Shown in pieces: positions 28,235 through 37,685 of a DNA stretch of 64,000 nt. Position numbers and translations under genes: made by a program. A model generated the notes under the pieces. It worked only from the letters and a program-made list of their open reading frames with translations, had not been told where the DNA came from and did no database searches. The stretch comes from Thermodesulfobacteriota bacterium (GTDB taxonomy: Bacteria > Desulfobacterota > Desulfobacteria > Desulfobacterales > C00003060), in NCBI GenBank assembly GCA_034189385.1, contig JAXHVD010000003.1:142104-206103 (forward strand). Direction: 5' to 3'. Each line of letters begins with the position of its first letter. The first letter of the stretch is position 1.

Positions 28235-28410
28235 GTCCGCTCAAAGGGGTGCTATCTACTGTGGTGTCTGAAAAGTGCCTGCAAGAAGCAGGGCGTCGCC
28301 ATCAAGGCATCTTCCCGGCTTCATGAGCATCTCCGGGACATGACCGGAGCTTGTAGCCTGGGAACACGCATGCGTTTGAATGAGCCTACCAAAGGAGACA
28401 GCAGAATCCT

Positions 28411-28944
28411 ATGAAATACTGCAGCAACTGTGGCGCTCGGGTGACTGCTCGCATTCCCTCCGGGGATGATCGGCCCCGTTTTGTCTGTGACACCTGCCAG
28501 GTCATCCATTATGAAAACCCCAACATCGTCGTCGGGTCCATACCGGAACTTGACGACCGAATCCTTTTTTGTCGCCGTGCCATCAGACCACGTCTCGGAA
28601 AATGGACGATCCCTGCGGGCTATCTTGAAAACGGGGAGACCCTTGTGGAGGCTGCTAAACGGGAGGCCTTTGAAGAGGCCAGAGCCAAGCTCACAGACCT
28701 GATGCCTTATGCATTACTCAACCTCACCTTTGTGAATCAGGTCTATGTCATCTTCCGCGGCCGTTTGACCGATCATGACTACCGGCCCGGCGCCGAGAGC
28801 TCAGAGGTTAAGTTGTTGGCAGAGCATGAGATTCCTTGGGACGATCTGGCCTTTTCTTCCATACGGGAGGCCCTAAAACGGTACTTCATAGACCGCAGAA
28901 AGGGGACTTTTCCTCTCCATATGGCAGACATCCAGCCTGATTAA
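28411..28944 (+). CDS. Nudix hydrolase with N-terminal zinc ribbon
   Basis: Contains CSNCG...CDTC and the Nudix box GYLENGETLVEAAKREAFEEARA. Confidence 0.9.
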   Translation: MKYCSNCGARVTARIPSGDDRPRFVCDTCQVIHYENPNIVVGSIPELDDRILFCRRAIRPRLGKWTIPAGYLENGETLVEAAKREAFEEARAKLTDLMPYALLNLTFVNQVYVIFRGRLTDHDYRPGAESSEVKLLAEHEIPWDDLAFSSIREALKRYFIDRRKGTFPLHMADIQPD

Positions 28945-28955
28945 TCAAAGGCCAA

Positions 28956-28996
28956 ATTACTCCCTTTTTCAGTGCAAAATACAGTTTTTACCCCAT
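28956..28996 (+). promoter_or_regulatory. site B of the 41-bp bipartite motif
   Basis: ATTACT-ccctttttcagtgca-AAATACAG-ttttt-ACCCCAT, 97 nt upstream of ATG 29093. Confidence 0.5.
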
Positions 28997-29092
28997 ATGC
29001 CACCCCGGAGGTTCGTGCCATGCTCTCCCATGAGACGAAGTCTTAGATAGCAGGAAAAAAATTCCATACGATTGCCATGAGGAGGTGCTAAG

Positions 29093-29473
29093 ATGAATCT
29101 GAAAGACTACTTTGAACAGGCTAAAGGACTCGGGGCGCTTGCTACGGCAGATTCAGAGGGAAAGGTGGATGTGGCTGTCTATTCCCGGCCCCACGTGATG
29201 GATTCTGAGACCGTGGCCTTTGTTATGCGAGATCGCCTGACCCATCATAACCTCCAGTCCAACCCCCATGCCGCTTATCTCTTCAAGGAAGCGGGGGAAA
29301 AATACGTTGGAAAGCGGCTTTTCTTAACCAAGATTCGCGAAGAGCAGGATACTGATTTGGCTTACGAACTCAGGAGAAGAAAATACCCCGACGACAAAAA
29401 AGAACCGCTCTTCCTGGTCTTTTTTCGTATTGACCAGATCCTGCCGCTTGTGGGTCCCGGAGACGGTGAGTAG
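29093..29473 (+). CDS. pyridoxamine 5'-phosphate oxidase-like (split-barrel flavin-binding) protein
   Basis: 126 aa with LGALATADSEGKVDVAVYSRP...HHNLQSNPHAAYLF. Confidence 0.75.
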   Translation: MNLKDYFEQAKGLGALATADSEGKVDVAVYSRPHVMDSETVAFVMRDRLTHHNLQSNPHAAYLFKEAGEKYVGKRLFLTKIREEQDTDLAYELRRRKYPDDKKEPLFLVFFRIDQILPLVGPGDGE

Positions 29474-29483
29474 GAGGCCATCA

Positions 29484-29945
29484 TTGGGGCAGCGTTTCAG
29501 AGTCTTCTTTCACTTCCTGGCGTTGTCCCTCATGTTGTCAAACTGCTCAGCAACTAAACCAGATGATTTGGGATGTACTGACGGCAGGCTATCTCCTTGT
29601 CCAGATTCACCGAATTGCGTCTCTTCGCAGAGTTCAGACAAGGCCCACTATATAGAGCCTCTTACCTATAGGGGAACGTTGACAGAGGCCAGGAAGGCCC
29701 TAGTGTCGGTGATTGCTCGATGGCCTCACAGTGAGATAGTCCAGGCGACGGATGACTATGTCCGTGCGGAGTTCACCTCCAGGTTCTTTGGTTTTGTCGA
29801 TGACGTTGAGTTTTGCATGGATGATGATCTGAACATGATTCATGTCCGATCGTCATCACGCGTGGGCTATTTTGATTTTGGGGTAAACAGAAAAAGGATT
29901 GAGCGCCTTCGAGCCAAGTTTGCGGCACCGAGAACAGAGGATTGA
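29484..29945 (+). CDS. DUF1499 lipoprotein (copy 2)
   Basis: TTG 29484 lies 5 nt after AGGAGG. Contains the lipobox LMLSNC, SPCPDSPNCVSSQSSD and VDDVEFCM..IHVRSSSRVGYFDFGVNRKRIE. It is a paralogue of 24939..25367. Confidence 0.8.
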   Translation: MGQRFRVFFHFLALSLMLSNCSATKPDDLGCTDGRLSPCPDSPNCVSSQSSDKAHYIEPLTYRGTLTEARKALVSVIARWPHSEIVQATDDYVRAEFTSRFFGFVDDVEFCMDDDLNMIHVRSSSRVGYFDFGVNRKRIERLRAKFAAPRTED

Positions 29946-29948
29946 GAC

Positions 29949-30665
29949 ATGGCCAGAAAACCAAGTTACGAAGCGCTGCAACAGCGTGTCAAGGAATTGG
30001 AAAAGGAAGCCGGTGAGCGCCTTCGCATGGAGCGGGAGTTGCTCAAGCTCTCCCACGCGGTGAATCATAGTCCCAGTGCCATCATGATCACAGATGCTCA
30101 TGGGATCATCGAATATGTGAATCCGAAATTCGTGGACATGACCGGTTTTACCGCCCAAGAAGTCCTGGGAAAGAATGCCGGGGATTTGGGTGAACAATCG
30201 GCTGAAGAAGAGGAGAAGATGTGGCAGGTCCTTAAGTCGGGCGGCGAGTGGCGAGGTGAATTTCTGAACAAAAAGAAAGATGGCAAACGTTACTGGGAAC
30301 GGGCGTCCATTTCATCCATGAAGGACCCCGACGGTGGGATTACCCATTACGTAAAGGTGGCTGAAGACATCACGGACCTCAAACGCGCACAACAGGAGTT
30401 AAGAGAGAGCCAGGAGGCGTTATATGAACATCAAAAGCGTCTAGGGATATTGAAATTCGCCAATGACATGGCCCTCCGGCTCATGCATGAGTTGCGAAAT
30501 CCACTGGTATCGATTGGTGGCTTTTCTAAAAGGATTGCCGATGGTCACTATGGGGAAGATAACTTGACCAAATACACGAAAATCATATTCGAAGAGGCCA
30601 AGAAACTCGACCAGGCCGTCAGTGAGTTGCTTGTGCAACTAGAGACTACTGCCCACAAGGCATAG
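29949..30665 (+). CDS. PAS sensor fused to a HisKA/DHp domain, no ATPase domain
   Basis: A PAS S-box (SPSAIMITDAHGIIEYVNPKFVDMTGFTAQEVLGKN...) is followed by the H-box MHELRNPLVSIGG. The protein ends 50 aa later. Confidence 0.8.
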   Translation: MARKPSYEALQQRVKELEKEAGERLRMERELLKLSHAVNHSPSAIMITDAHGIIEYVNPKFVDMTGFTAQEVLGKNAGDLGEQSAEEEEKMWQVLKSGGEWRGEFLNKKKDGKRYWERASISSMKDPDGGITHYVKVAEDITDLKRAQQELRESQEALYEHQKRLGILKFANDMALRLMHELRNPLVSIGGFSKRIADGHYGEDNLTKYTKIIFEEAKKLDQAVSELLVQLETTAHKA

Positions 30666-30701
30666 GATCTCTTTACCTCCTTGCTGAAGGGACAATGCCC
30701 C

Positions 30702-31478
30702 ATGACTCCAGCTGTTTTTGTCTCCCATGGCATGCCAGCCATTGCTGTCCAGCCAGAACCGACGCACTATTTTTTTCGGGAGCTTGGACAGACATTGGGT
30801 CGCCCTAAGGCTGTAGTCTGCGTTTCTGCCCATTGGGAAGCAGTCCGCCCCCTTGTGACAGGCACAAGCGCGCCGCAGACGATACACGATTTCTCCGGGC
30901 CCCCCATTCTTTTCGAAAAAGACTATCCAGCGCCTGGCAACCCGGACCTCGCCCAGGATGCAGTGGCCTTGTTGACCCAGGCGGGCATTGATGCCGCCAC
31001 CGATCCTTCCCGAGGCCTTGATCATGGCGTGTGGGTGCCACTCATACTCATGTATCCGGAAGCAGATATCCCCGTGGTGCAGATTTCCGTTCAGACAGAG
31101 CTCGATCCACAGCATCATCTGAAGCTGGGAAGGGCCCTGCAACCCCTCAGAGAAGGCGGGGTATTGGTTCTGGGAAGTGGTGGTGCCACCCACAACCTGC
31201 CGGAGATACACCAATACAGAGTTCACTCCCGCCCGGCAGAGTATGCTCTAGACTTCGACACCTGGCTGGAAGAGGCCATCCTCGGGGGCCGGGAGGATGC
31301 CCTGCTCAACTACAAAGAAGAGGGCCCTTCAGCCGCAAGGAACCATCCCTATCCTGCCGAGCACTTTTTGCCGCTCTTTGTCCCTCTCGGGGCTGCAGGG
31401 CAGGGGGCAACGGGCCGCTTACTCCACAAGGGATTCATGTATGGCGTCCTATCCATGGCCGCCTATGCCTGGGATTGA
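30702..31478 (+). CDS. class III extradiol ring-cleavage dioxygenase (4,5-DOPA dioxygenase/YgiD-like)
   Basis: Contains VFVSHGMP, VCVSAHWE, IHDFSG and LDHGVWVPL. Confidence 0.85.
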   Translation: MTPAVFVSHGMPAIAVQPEPTHYFFRELGQTLGRPKAVVCVSAHWEAVRPLVTGTSAPQTIHDFSGPPILFEKDYPAPGNPDLAQDAVALLTQAGIDAATDPSRGLDHGVWVPLILMYPEADIPVVQISVQTELDPQHHLKLGRALQPLREGGVLVLGSGGATHNLPEIHQYRVHSRPAEYALDFDTWLEEAILGGREDALLNYKEEGPSAARNHPYPAEHFLPLFVPLGAAGQGATGRLLHKGFMYGVLSMAAYAWD

Positions 31479-31572
31479 CAGTGGGGCCATTGCGGGTTTT
31501 TCAGAATGCGTGTGATTCGATGAAGGCCAGGCGGCACACCATAGCGTAACGCATTGTGGACATGATGATTCC

Positions 31573-32970
31573 CTACGCACGAGGGCCGATGTCCCCCTCA
31601 GAAAGAGACCCAATCCGGCGCACGTACGTCTCAATGTCAAACTTGCGCCGAAGCCCTGCGGCGTTCATATACCTGACCTTGCCGAAGACGGGGCGCTCAG
31701 ACCAGGCCCGATCGTGTTTGCCCAAACACCACGCCACGCCGGCAAATCCGTTGGGGTCTCTTCCATCCAACTCGTACTTATTGTTCAAGTAGAGCGCCGT
31801 GCGAAAGGCTTCTTCCGGGGTTTTGCTCCACTCCAAGATCTTCTTTCCCCAGTACATCCGCATGTAGTTGTGCATCTTGCCCGTTATCACCATTTCCTGT
31901 TGCGCTGCGTTCCAGTATGGGTCGTGGGTGCGGGCCTGCTCCCACGCCTCCACATCGTATATGTACTCACGGTTGTCCTTTTCATGGGCCCTCAGGGTTT
32001 CTCTGGCCCAGCCCGGCAGTGCCTGGTACGCATCATAGTGCGGGTTGTAGTAAACAAAGTTCATGCTCAATTCTCGCCGCACGATCAGCTCTTCAAGGTA
32101 CGCCTCTTTTGCTCCTTTTGGCTTGCCTCTTGCCCGGCGCACCTCGAGGCCAATCTCAACGGGAGAGATCTGCCCGAAATGGAGATACGGACTCATGTGT
32201 GAGCCATAGTCTGTACTGGGGTCGTTCCTGCGGTCCGCGTAGTATTTCAGCTTTTCCTTGATGAAGAGGTGGAGCAGCCCCATGGCCTCCTTTCTCCCGC
32301 CAGAGAAGGTCTCCACCGGAGAGACGCTTCGGTCCAGAGTGAGTCCACGGAGCGCCCCTTTCACGTCTTCCACATCCAGGCCCTCGTATGAAAGACCCAG
32401 GGAGTCTTTCTCCACAGGGGTTGATTTTAGGGAAACCAGATAGCGTTTCAGGTGCTTCTGAATCCGCGGCCGCAAGATGGCTGCAGTATAGGCCTCCTTT
32501 TCAGAAGCCACGGCAACAGGAACAACCACGTCGCTTTCCACTTGGACCACCAGACACGGGGCGTGGTCAGCCACGTGACGGCGCCACCCCTTCTGAATCC
32601 TAAGATACCCCCTGTCGGTCACCACCATGGAGGCGTCTTTGGAAAACTGGACGGCTGCAAGCTCGGGCGAGTCACGAAGGGCTACAAACTGAATGCCCCG
32701 CTGGTAGAGTCCTTCATGAACCTCCCGGAGCCCCTGAAGCATAAAGGCGTAGTGTCTCTCATTGGCCTCAGGAAAACGGTCGGTGATGCCGAAAAGAACG
32801 ACGACCGGCCGCCTCAGTCCATTGGCTTGTCCGATGGCATACTCTAAGGCGTGGTTGAAGACCACTCTTTGAGAGGCCTGCATCCAGTAGAGGACATAGC
32901 GCCCCTTTTGGATGGGGCGATCATTCAATGGTTCCACCCGTTCCCGTTGAATCATGAGGCCCCCTGTCAC
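31573..32970 (-). CDS. phr: class II CPD photolyase
   Basis: Contains YVLYWMQASQRVVFNHALEYA, SPYLHFGQISP and MHNYMRMYWGKKILEW. Confidence 0.9.
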   Translation of the reverse strand: MTGGLMIQRERVEPLNDRPIQKGRYVLYWMQASQRVVFNHALEYAIGQANGLRRPVVVLFGITDRFPEANERHYAFMLQGLREVHEGLYQRGIQFVALRDSPELAAVQFSKDASMVVTDRGYLRIQKGWRRHVADHAPCLVVQVESDVVVPVAVASEKEAYTAAILRPRIQKHLKRYLVSLKSTPVEKDSLGLSYEGLDVEDVKGALRGLTLDRSVSPVETFSGGRKEAMGLLHLFIKEKLKYYADRRNDPSTDYGSHMSPYLHFGQISPVEIGLEVRRARGKPKGAKEAYLEELIVRRELSMNFVYYNPHYDAYQALPGWARETLRAHEKDNREYIYDVEAWEQARTHDPYWNAAQQEMVITGKMHNYMRMYWGKKILEWSKTPEEAFRTALYLNNKYELDGRDPNGFAGVAWCLGKHDRAWSERPVFGKVRYMNAAGLRRKFDIETYVRRIGSLSEGDIGPRA

Positions 32971-32973
32971 GGA

Positions 32974-34527
32974 TCAGGACATCTTCTCTTGCAGACCTTT
33001 CGCCTGAGCGCGAATGGCCTGCTGCCTTTCTCTTGACAACCTGTCAAGGTTCCTAAACTGCAACCCCATTCGTGGGTTCTTTCTCAGGAACGTCTGGTGA
33101 CGCATCAGGAAATCCCAATACAACGTGGTAAAGGGACAGGCAGCCTTAGACACCGCCTGCGATGGATCATAGGGACAAGCCGTGCAGTAATTGCTCATGC
33201 GCTGAATGTATTTTCCCGTGGCCACGTAAGGCTTTGAAGCCATGATACCGCCGTCTGCAAACTGTGACATCCCCAGGGTGTTGGGCAGCTCCACCCATTC
33301 CACGGCATCCACGTAGACCGCTAGATACCACTTGTGCACCTCTTGCGGCTTCACGCCCAAAAGGAGGGCAAAGAGGCCTGTCACCATCAATCTCTGGATG
33401 TGATGGGCGTAACCGTACGAGAGGGTCTGCCCGATGGTCTCTCGAAGACAAAGCATGTCCGTCTCCCCAGTCCAATAAAACCGAGGCAACGGCGCCTGTG
33501 CATCTAACCGGTTCAGGTCTCCGTATTCCGGCATGAAGTGCCAGTATATCCCCCGAACGTATTCTCGCCATCCCAGAATCTGTCTGACGAAACCCTCTGC
33601 GGCATTCAACGGGGCGCGGCCCTCCTCATGGGCCCTTTCCGCTGCAGCCAAGACTTTTCTGGGATCGATCAGTTTCAGATTCAAGGAGGAAGACAGCCGC
33701 GAATGGAAGAGATAGGGACTGCCGGCCCACATGGCGTCCTGGTACAGCCCAAATGCGGGCAGGCGGTTTTCCACAAAGTCTGAAAGGGCTTGAGACGCCT
33801 GGCGTGGTGTCACGGGCCAGTCAAAATGTGCCAGACTCCCCGGGTGCCCCGAAAACCGTTTCTCTACAAGCTTCTTGACTTCTCGGGTGGTCTTGTCCGG
33901 CCGGAAGGATCTAGGTGGAGAGACTCTTCCCGGGCCTTCTTTACCGAATGGCTGCCGATTCTCTGCGTCGTAGTTCCATTTGCCTCCCAGGGGCCCATCG
34001 CCGTCCATGAGGATGCCGGTTTTACGACGCATCTTTCGGTAAAAAAACTCCATTCTCAATTGCTTGCGCTCACCTGCATACTCAGAAAACGTCTGGCCTG
34101 TAGAAAAGAAGTGTCGATCCGACCGCATCTCTATGGGTAACCCTTTAGTCTTTGCCGCTTCCACCAGGGCCTGTTTCACCCTCCATTCCCCAGGCTCTGC
34201 CAGAATCAGCCTCTGGGGGTTGAGGCTTGCGATGGCGGCTTTCAGTGCCAACGAAAAGGTTTCGCGGTTCTCTGGACCGTCTAGCTGGCTGTAGTGGACC
34301 GTCATACCCTTTCGCCGAAGGGCATCCCGAAAGTGCCTCATGGCGCTCAAAAATAGGGTGATGCGGGCCTTGTGTGACCATACATAGATGGATTCCTCTG
34401 GGATCTCCGCCATCCACACGGCATCATCAGCGGCATTGAATCCGTCAAAGGCCGAGGAGTCCGAATTGAGTTGATCGCCCAGCACCAAGATGAGATGGCG
34501 GGGCTTTTTGCGAGGATCGTAGGACAT
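32974..34527 (-). CDS. cryptochrome/photolyase-family protein of the Fe-S (FeS-BCP, (6-4)-photolyase/CryB-like) type
   Basis: Contains LILVLGDQL, HKARITLFLSAMRHF, HIQRLMVTGLFALL and C-terminal Cys ligands (YCTACPYD...ACPFTTLYWDF). Confidence 0.8.
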   Translation of the reverse strand: MSYDPRKKPRHLILVLGDQLNSDSSAFDGFNAADDAVWMAEIPEESIYVWSHKARITLFLSAMRHFRDALRRKGMTVHYSQLDGPENRETFSLALKAAIASLNPQRLILAEPGEWRVKQALVEAAKTKGLPIEMRSDRHFFSTGQTFSEYAGERKQLRMEFFYRKMRRKTGILMDGDGPLGGKWNYDAENRQPFGKEGPGRVSPPRSFRPDKTTREVKKLVEKRFSGHPGSLAHFDWPVTPRQASQALSDFVENRLPAFGLYQDAMWAGSPYLFHSRLSSSLNLKLIDPRKVLAAAERAHEEGRAPLNAAEGFVRQILGWREYVRGIYWHFMPEYGDLNRLDAQAPLPRFYWTGETDMLCLRETIGQTLSYGYAHHIQRLMVTGLFALLLGVKPQEVHKWYLAVYVDAVEWVELPNTLGMSQFADGGIMASKPYVATGKYIQRMSNYCTACPYDPSQAVSKAACPFTTLYWDFLMRHQTFLRKNPRMGLQFRNLDRLSRERQQAIRAQAKGLQEKMS

Positions 34528-34543
34528 GAAACCCGATCATTCT

Positions 34544-34766
34544 CTCAATCGTTGGTAACGTTCAAAACTTGCGGAAAAGGCCTTAAGCAGGCAGTTAGAG
34601 GGATAGGGATGATCGCTTAACGCAGGCATACAGCCATTGCCATCTGCACCAATGGCATAGGCTACCTAAAGGCATTGGATGCCGAAGAGACGTGATTATC
34701 CCTATCCCGAAGTCGGTTGTCCAGAAATCCACTAAGTCAACACTTTTGAACGTTACTCAATCGTTG
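34544..34766. mobile_element. MITE-like element: 11-bp direct repeats flanking 12-13-bp terminal inverted repeats and nested internal palindromes
   Basis: CTCAATCGTTG (34544-54) is followed by GTAACGTTCAAAA (34555-67). At the other end, TTTTGAACGTTAC (34744-56) is followed by CTCAATCGTTG (34756-66). Internal inverted repeats are GGGATAGGGAT/ATCCCTATCCC (34600-10/34698-708) and GCCATTG/CAATGGC. Confidence 0.45.
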
Positions 34767-34981
34767 CTAAACAATGGTGCCCCAAGGGGCGGGGCCTATC
34801 CTCTGTCCCACATACAAAGGCCCGTCTTTCAGGCACAGAATCAGCCCCTTCGTTTCCTTCTCCTAGTCGGTTGACACTGCAAACCAACTTATAGCAGAAT
34901 ATGACCAAGACAAACAGGGATGATGCCGCAAACGCGGGCGTGATTGGAAAGGCCAGGACCGGGATCTGGGGGTTTTTCGCC

Positions 34982-35467
34982 ATGAATACAGAATCGGACG
35001 CTCAGACAGACCAATACGACAAGGAGCAAGGGCTGAAAGCGCGCCTTAAGGCCCTCTTTTCGTCTCAGAGATTTGCCGTTCTTGCCACGCAAAAAGACGG
35101 TCAGCCATCTACCAACCTGGTGGCCTTTGCCGCCACAGATGATCTCAGGCAATTGCTCTTTGTTACCCCCCGGGCCACCCGCAAATTTGCCAACCTTGCC
35201 AGTGACGCCCACGTTGCTATCATGATAGACAACCGGCAAAACCTGGTTTCAGACCTCCGTGACGCCATGGCCGTCACGGCCACAGGGGCGGCTGAGGTGG
35301 TGGTGGGCCCTGAAAAAGAGGCCCTATTGGGGTTGTACCTCTCCAAACACCCGTTTTTGGAAACATTTGCAAGGGCCCCCTCTTGCGCTCTCTTGAAGAT
35401 CTCCGTTAAGACCTACGACATTGCAGGAGCATTCCAAAACGTGATGGAGCTGAAGATGATGCCATGA
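34982..35467 (+). CDS. PNPOx-family (general-stress-protein-26-like) flavin-binding protein
   Basis: Contains RFAVLATQKDGQPSTNLVAFAATDDLRQLLFVTPRATRKFANL. ATG 34982 is preferred. The gene has an ATGA overlap with the next gene. Confidence 0.7.
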   Translation: MNTESDAQTDQYDKEQGLKARLKALFSSQRFAVLATQKDGQPSTNLVAFAATDDLRQLLFVTPRATRKFANLASDAHVAIMIDNRQNLVSDLRDAMAVTATGAAEVVVGPEKEALLGLYLSKHPFLETFARAPSCALLKISVKTYDIAGAFQNVMELKMMP

Positions 35468-37644
35468 GTCTCGTCCTCGCCCTTCATGAAATCCGTAACG
35501 AGCACAGGCCTCTTGTAGGCGGAAAAGGCTTTGCCCTGGCTGCCCTGGTTCAAAGAACCATGGCAGTCCCGGAAGCCCTCTGTGTCACCACCCAAGCCTA
35601 CCACCAGTACCTTTCCAGCGGAGGGCTTCGTGACCGGATCGGCATGGAATTGAACCGGAAACCCTTCCAGGAGATGAGGTGGGAAGAACTATGGGATGCC
35701 GCTTTACGCGTCCAGAACCTCTTCCTGCAGACGCCTTTTTCCAAAGAGCTCTACGAGGCCATTTGTATGCCTATTGCCGAGATCTTTGGGGACAAAGCAG
35801 TAGTAGTGAGATCATCTGCCCTGGGAGAAGATACGGCCCAGAGTTCTTTTGCGGGTCTGCACGAATCGTACGTCAACGTCAGAGGCACAGAGGCTATTTT
35901 GGACCACATACGGCTCGTTTGGGCCTCCCTCTGGTCGGACCGCGCCCTGCTGTATCGACAGGAATTGAACCTACAGGTTGAAAAGAGCGCCATGGCCGTG
36001 GTGATTCAGGAAATTCTAGTGGGAGAACGATCAGGTGTCGTCTTTGGCAAGGACCCCAACGATCCGTCACAGACGGTCATCGAGGCCGTGTATGGATTGA
36101 ATCAAGGGCTGGTCGATGGGACCGTCGAGCCTGACAGGTGGATTCTGGATCGCCAGAGCGGGCGGCTCATCTCTCATGTGCCTGCCAGCAGAAAAAAGGC
36201 TATGGTCCCTGTCCCCGGGGGCCTTCTCCTTGATGCATTGCAGCCTGACAAGGCCGATTGCCCACCCCTTGACCAGGAGGAGATGGCCAGGGTCTTTGAA
36301 CTCTCACGGAAGACAGAAGAGGTCTTTGACGCTCCCCAAGACGTGGAGTGGACCTTTGGCAAAGATGTACTCTATGTCCTTCAGTCACGTCCTGTCGCGT
36401 CGCCCCTGTCAACGGCTCATGACGACAAGAGGCCATGGTATCTCAGCTTGAAGAAGAGCTTTGAAACCTTAAAGGGCCTTCGCAAGACGATCGAGGCCGA
36501 GTTGATACCGCAGATGCACCAAGAAGGGCGAACCCTTGCCGCGTCCGATCTGGATCAGCTATCAGACGTTGAGCTCGCAAAGGAAATCGAGCTCAGAAGA
36601 AGCATCTACCAGAAGTGGGCACGAATCTACGAAGAGGCGTTCATCCCCATGGCCCACGGCATTCGGCTCTTTGGGCAGGTTTATAACAACACGGTCCGCC
36701 CGTCAGATCCCTATGAATTCATGACCCTTCTGGGAGCCACGGAGATGGTCAGCCTCAGACGCAATGGCATGCTTGATGACCTGGCAGCAATGATCCGATC
36801 GAACCCCAAGCTGGCGGAGCGCTTAAGAAACGGCGATCTCTCTGTTGATGATGACGCCTTCCATGCTGGCCTTCGAGATTTCGCAGACGAATTCACCGAT
36901 CTGTCGTGCGGTACCGATCAATGCGTCAGTGGCCAACACGCCATCGCGAAGCTTCTCCTTGAAATGGCCGGTCGTCCCTCTCTGAGACAGGCTGTTCCAA
37001 AGAAGGACTTCCAGGGCCTTAAGGATGCGTTCTTGTCTCGTTTTCAGGCCAATCAACGCTCCTATGCTGAAGAGCTTCTTGATCTTGGACGGGCCAGCTA
37101 CCGCTTGAGAGATGATGACAATATCTACTTAGGCCAGGTCAGAGCTCAAATGGACCGAGCAGTGAGCGAGGGACGGAATCGGGTAAAAAGCACAAACAAG
37201 ACAGAGGGTCGTGCGTCCGCCGCCCACAGCCTTGCAAAGGCCTTAAAGACCCACGACCTTCTCTTTCAGACCCACCTCTCACCTGTTTCTGAAAAAGCAG
37301 GGCTTCAAACCACGGTCAGGCAAATCGTGGGACAACCGGCAGGACCTGGAATTGGAAAAGGCCCGGCGCGGGTGATTGCTGACCCGTCTGATTTGATGGA
37401 TTTTCAAGCCGGAGAGATCCTGGTATGCGATGCACTGGATCCAACCATGACCTTTGTCGTCCCTCTGTCAGAAGGAATCGTGGAACGCCGGGGCGGCATG
37501 TTGATCCACGGCGCCATTATTGCCAGAGAATACGGGCTCCCATGCGTTACCGGGATCCCTGAAGCGGCCTCGGTCATCAAGAACGGTGAGCAACTTACTG
37601 TCGATGGCTATCTGGGCATTGTCACCATCCATCGTGAAGCATAA
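35464..37644 (+). CDS. PEP-utilising enzyme (PPDK_N ATP-grasp plus C-terminal swivel phosphohistidine domain; PEP-synthase/rifampin-phosphotransferase-like architecture)
   Basis: The N-terminus has VGGKGFALAAL..VPEALCVTTQAY and VRSSALGEDTAQSSFAGL. The C-terminus has GGMLIHGAIIAREYGLPCVTG. Confidence 0.8.
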   Translation: MSLVLALHEIRNEHRPLVGGKGFALAALVQRTMAVPEALCVTTQAYHQYLSSGGLRDRIGMELNRKPFQEMRWEELWDAALRVQNLFLQTPFSKELYEAICMPIAEIFGDKAVVVRSSALGEDTAQSSFAGLHESYVNVRGTEAILDHIRLVWASLWSDRALLYRQELNLQVEKSAMAVVIQEILVGERSGVVFGKDPNDPSQTVIEAVYGLNQGLVDGTVEPDRWILDRQSGRLISHVPASRKKAMVPVPGGLLLDALQPDKADCPPLDQEEMARVFELSRKTEEVFDAPQDVEWTFGKDVLYVLQSRPVASPLSTAHDDKRPWYLSLKKSFETLKGLRKTIEAELIPQMHQEGRTLAASDLDQLSDVELAKEIELRRSIYQKWARIYEEAFIPMAHGIRLFGQVYNNTVRPSDPYEFMTLLGATEMVSLRRNGMLDDLAAMIRSNPKLAERLRNGDLSVDDDAFHAGLRDFADEFTDLSCGTDQCVSGQHAIAKLLLEMAGRPSLRQAVPKKDFQGLKDAFLSRFQANQRSYAEELLDLGRASYRLRDDDNIYLGQVRAQMDRAVSEGRNRVKSTNKTEGRASAAHSLAKALKTHDLLFQTHLSPVSEKAGLQTTVRQIVGQPAGPGIGKGPARVIADPSDLMDFQAGEILVCDALDPTMTFVVPLSEGIVERRGGMLIHGAIIAREYGLPCVTGIPEAASVIKNGEQLTVDGYLGIVTIHREA

Positions 37645-37685
37645 ACGCACCTGTCTTTGCCGGTTGCCATTGGGGACCAATATCG

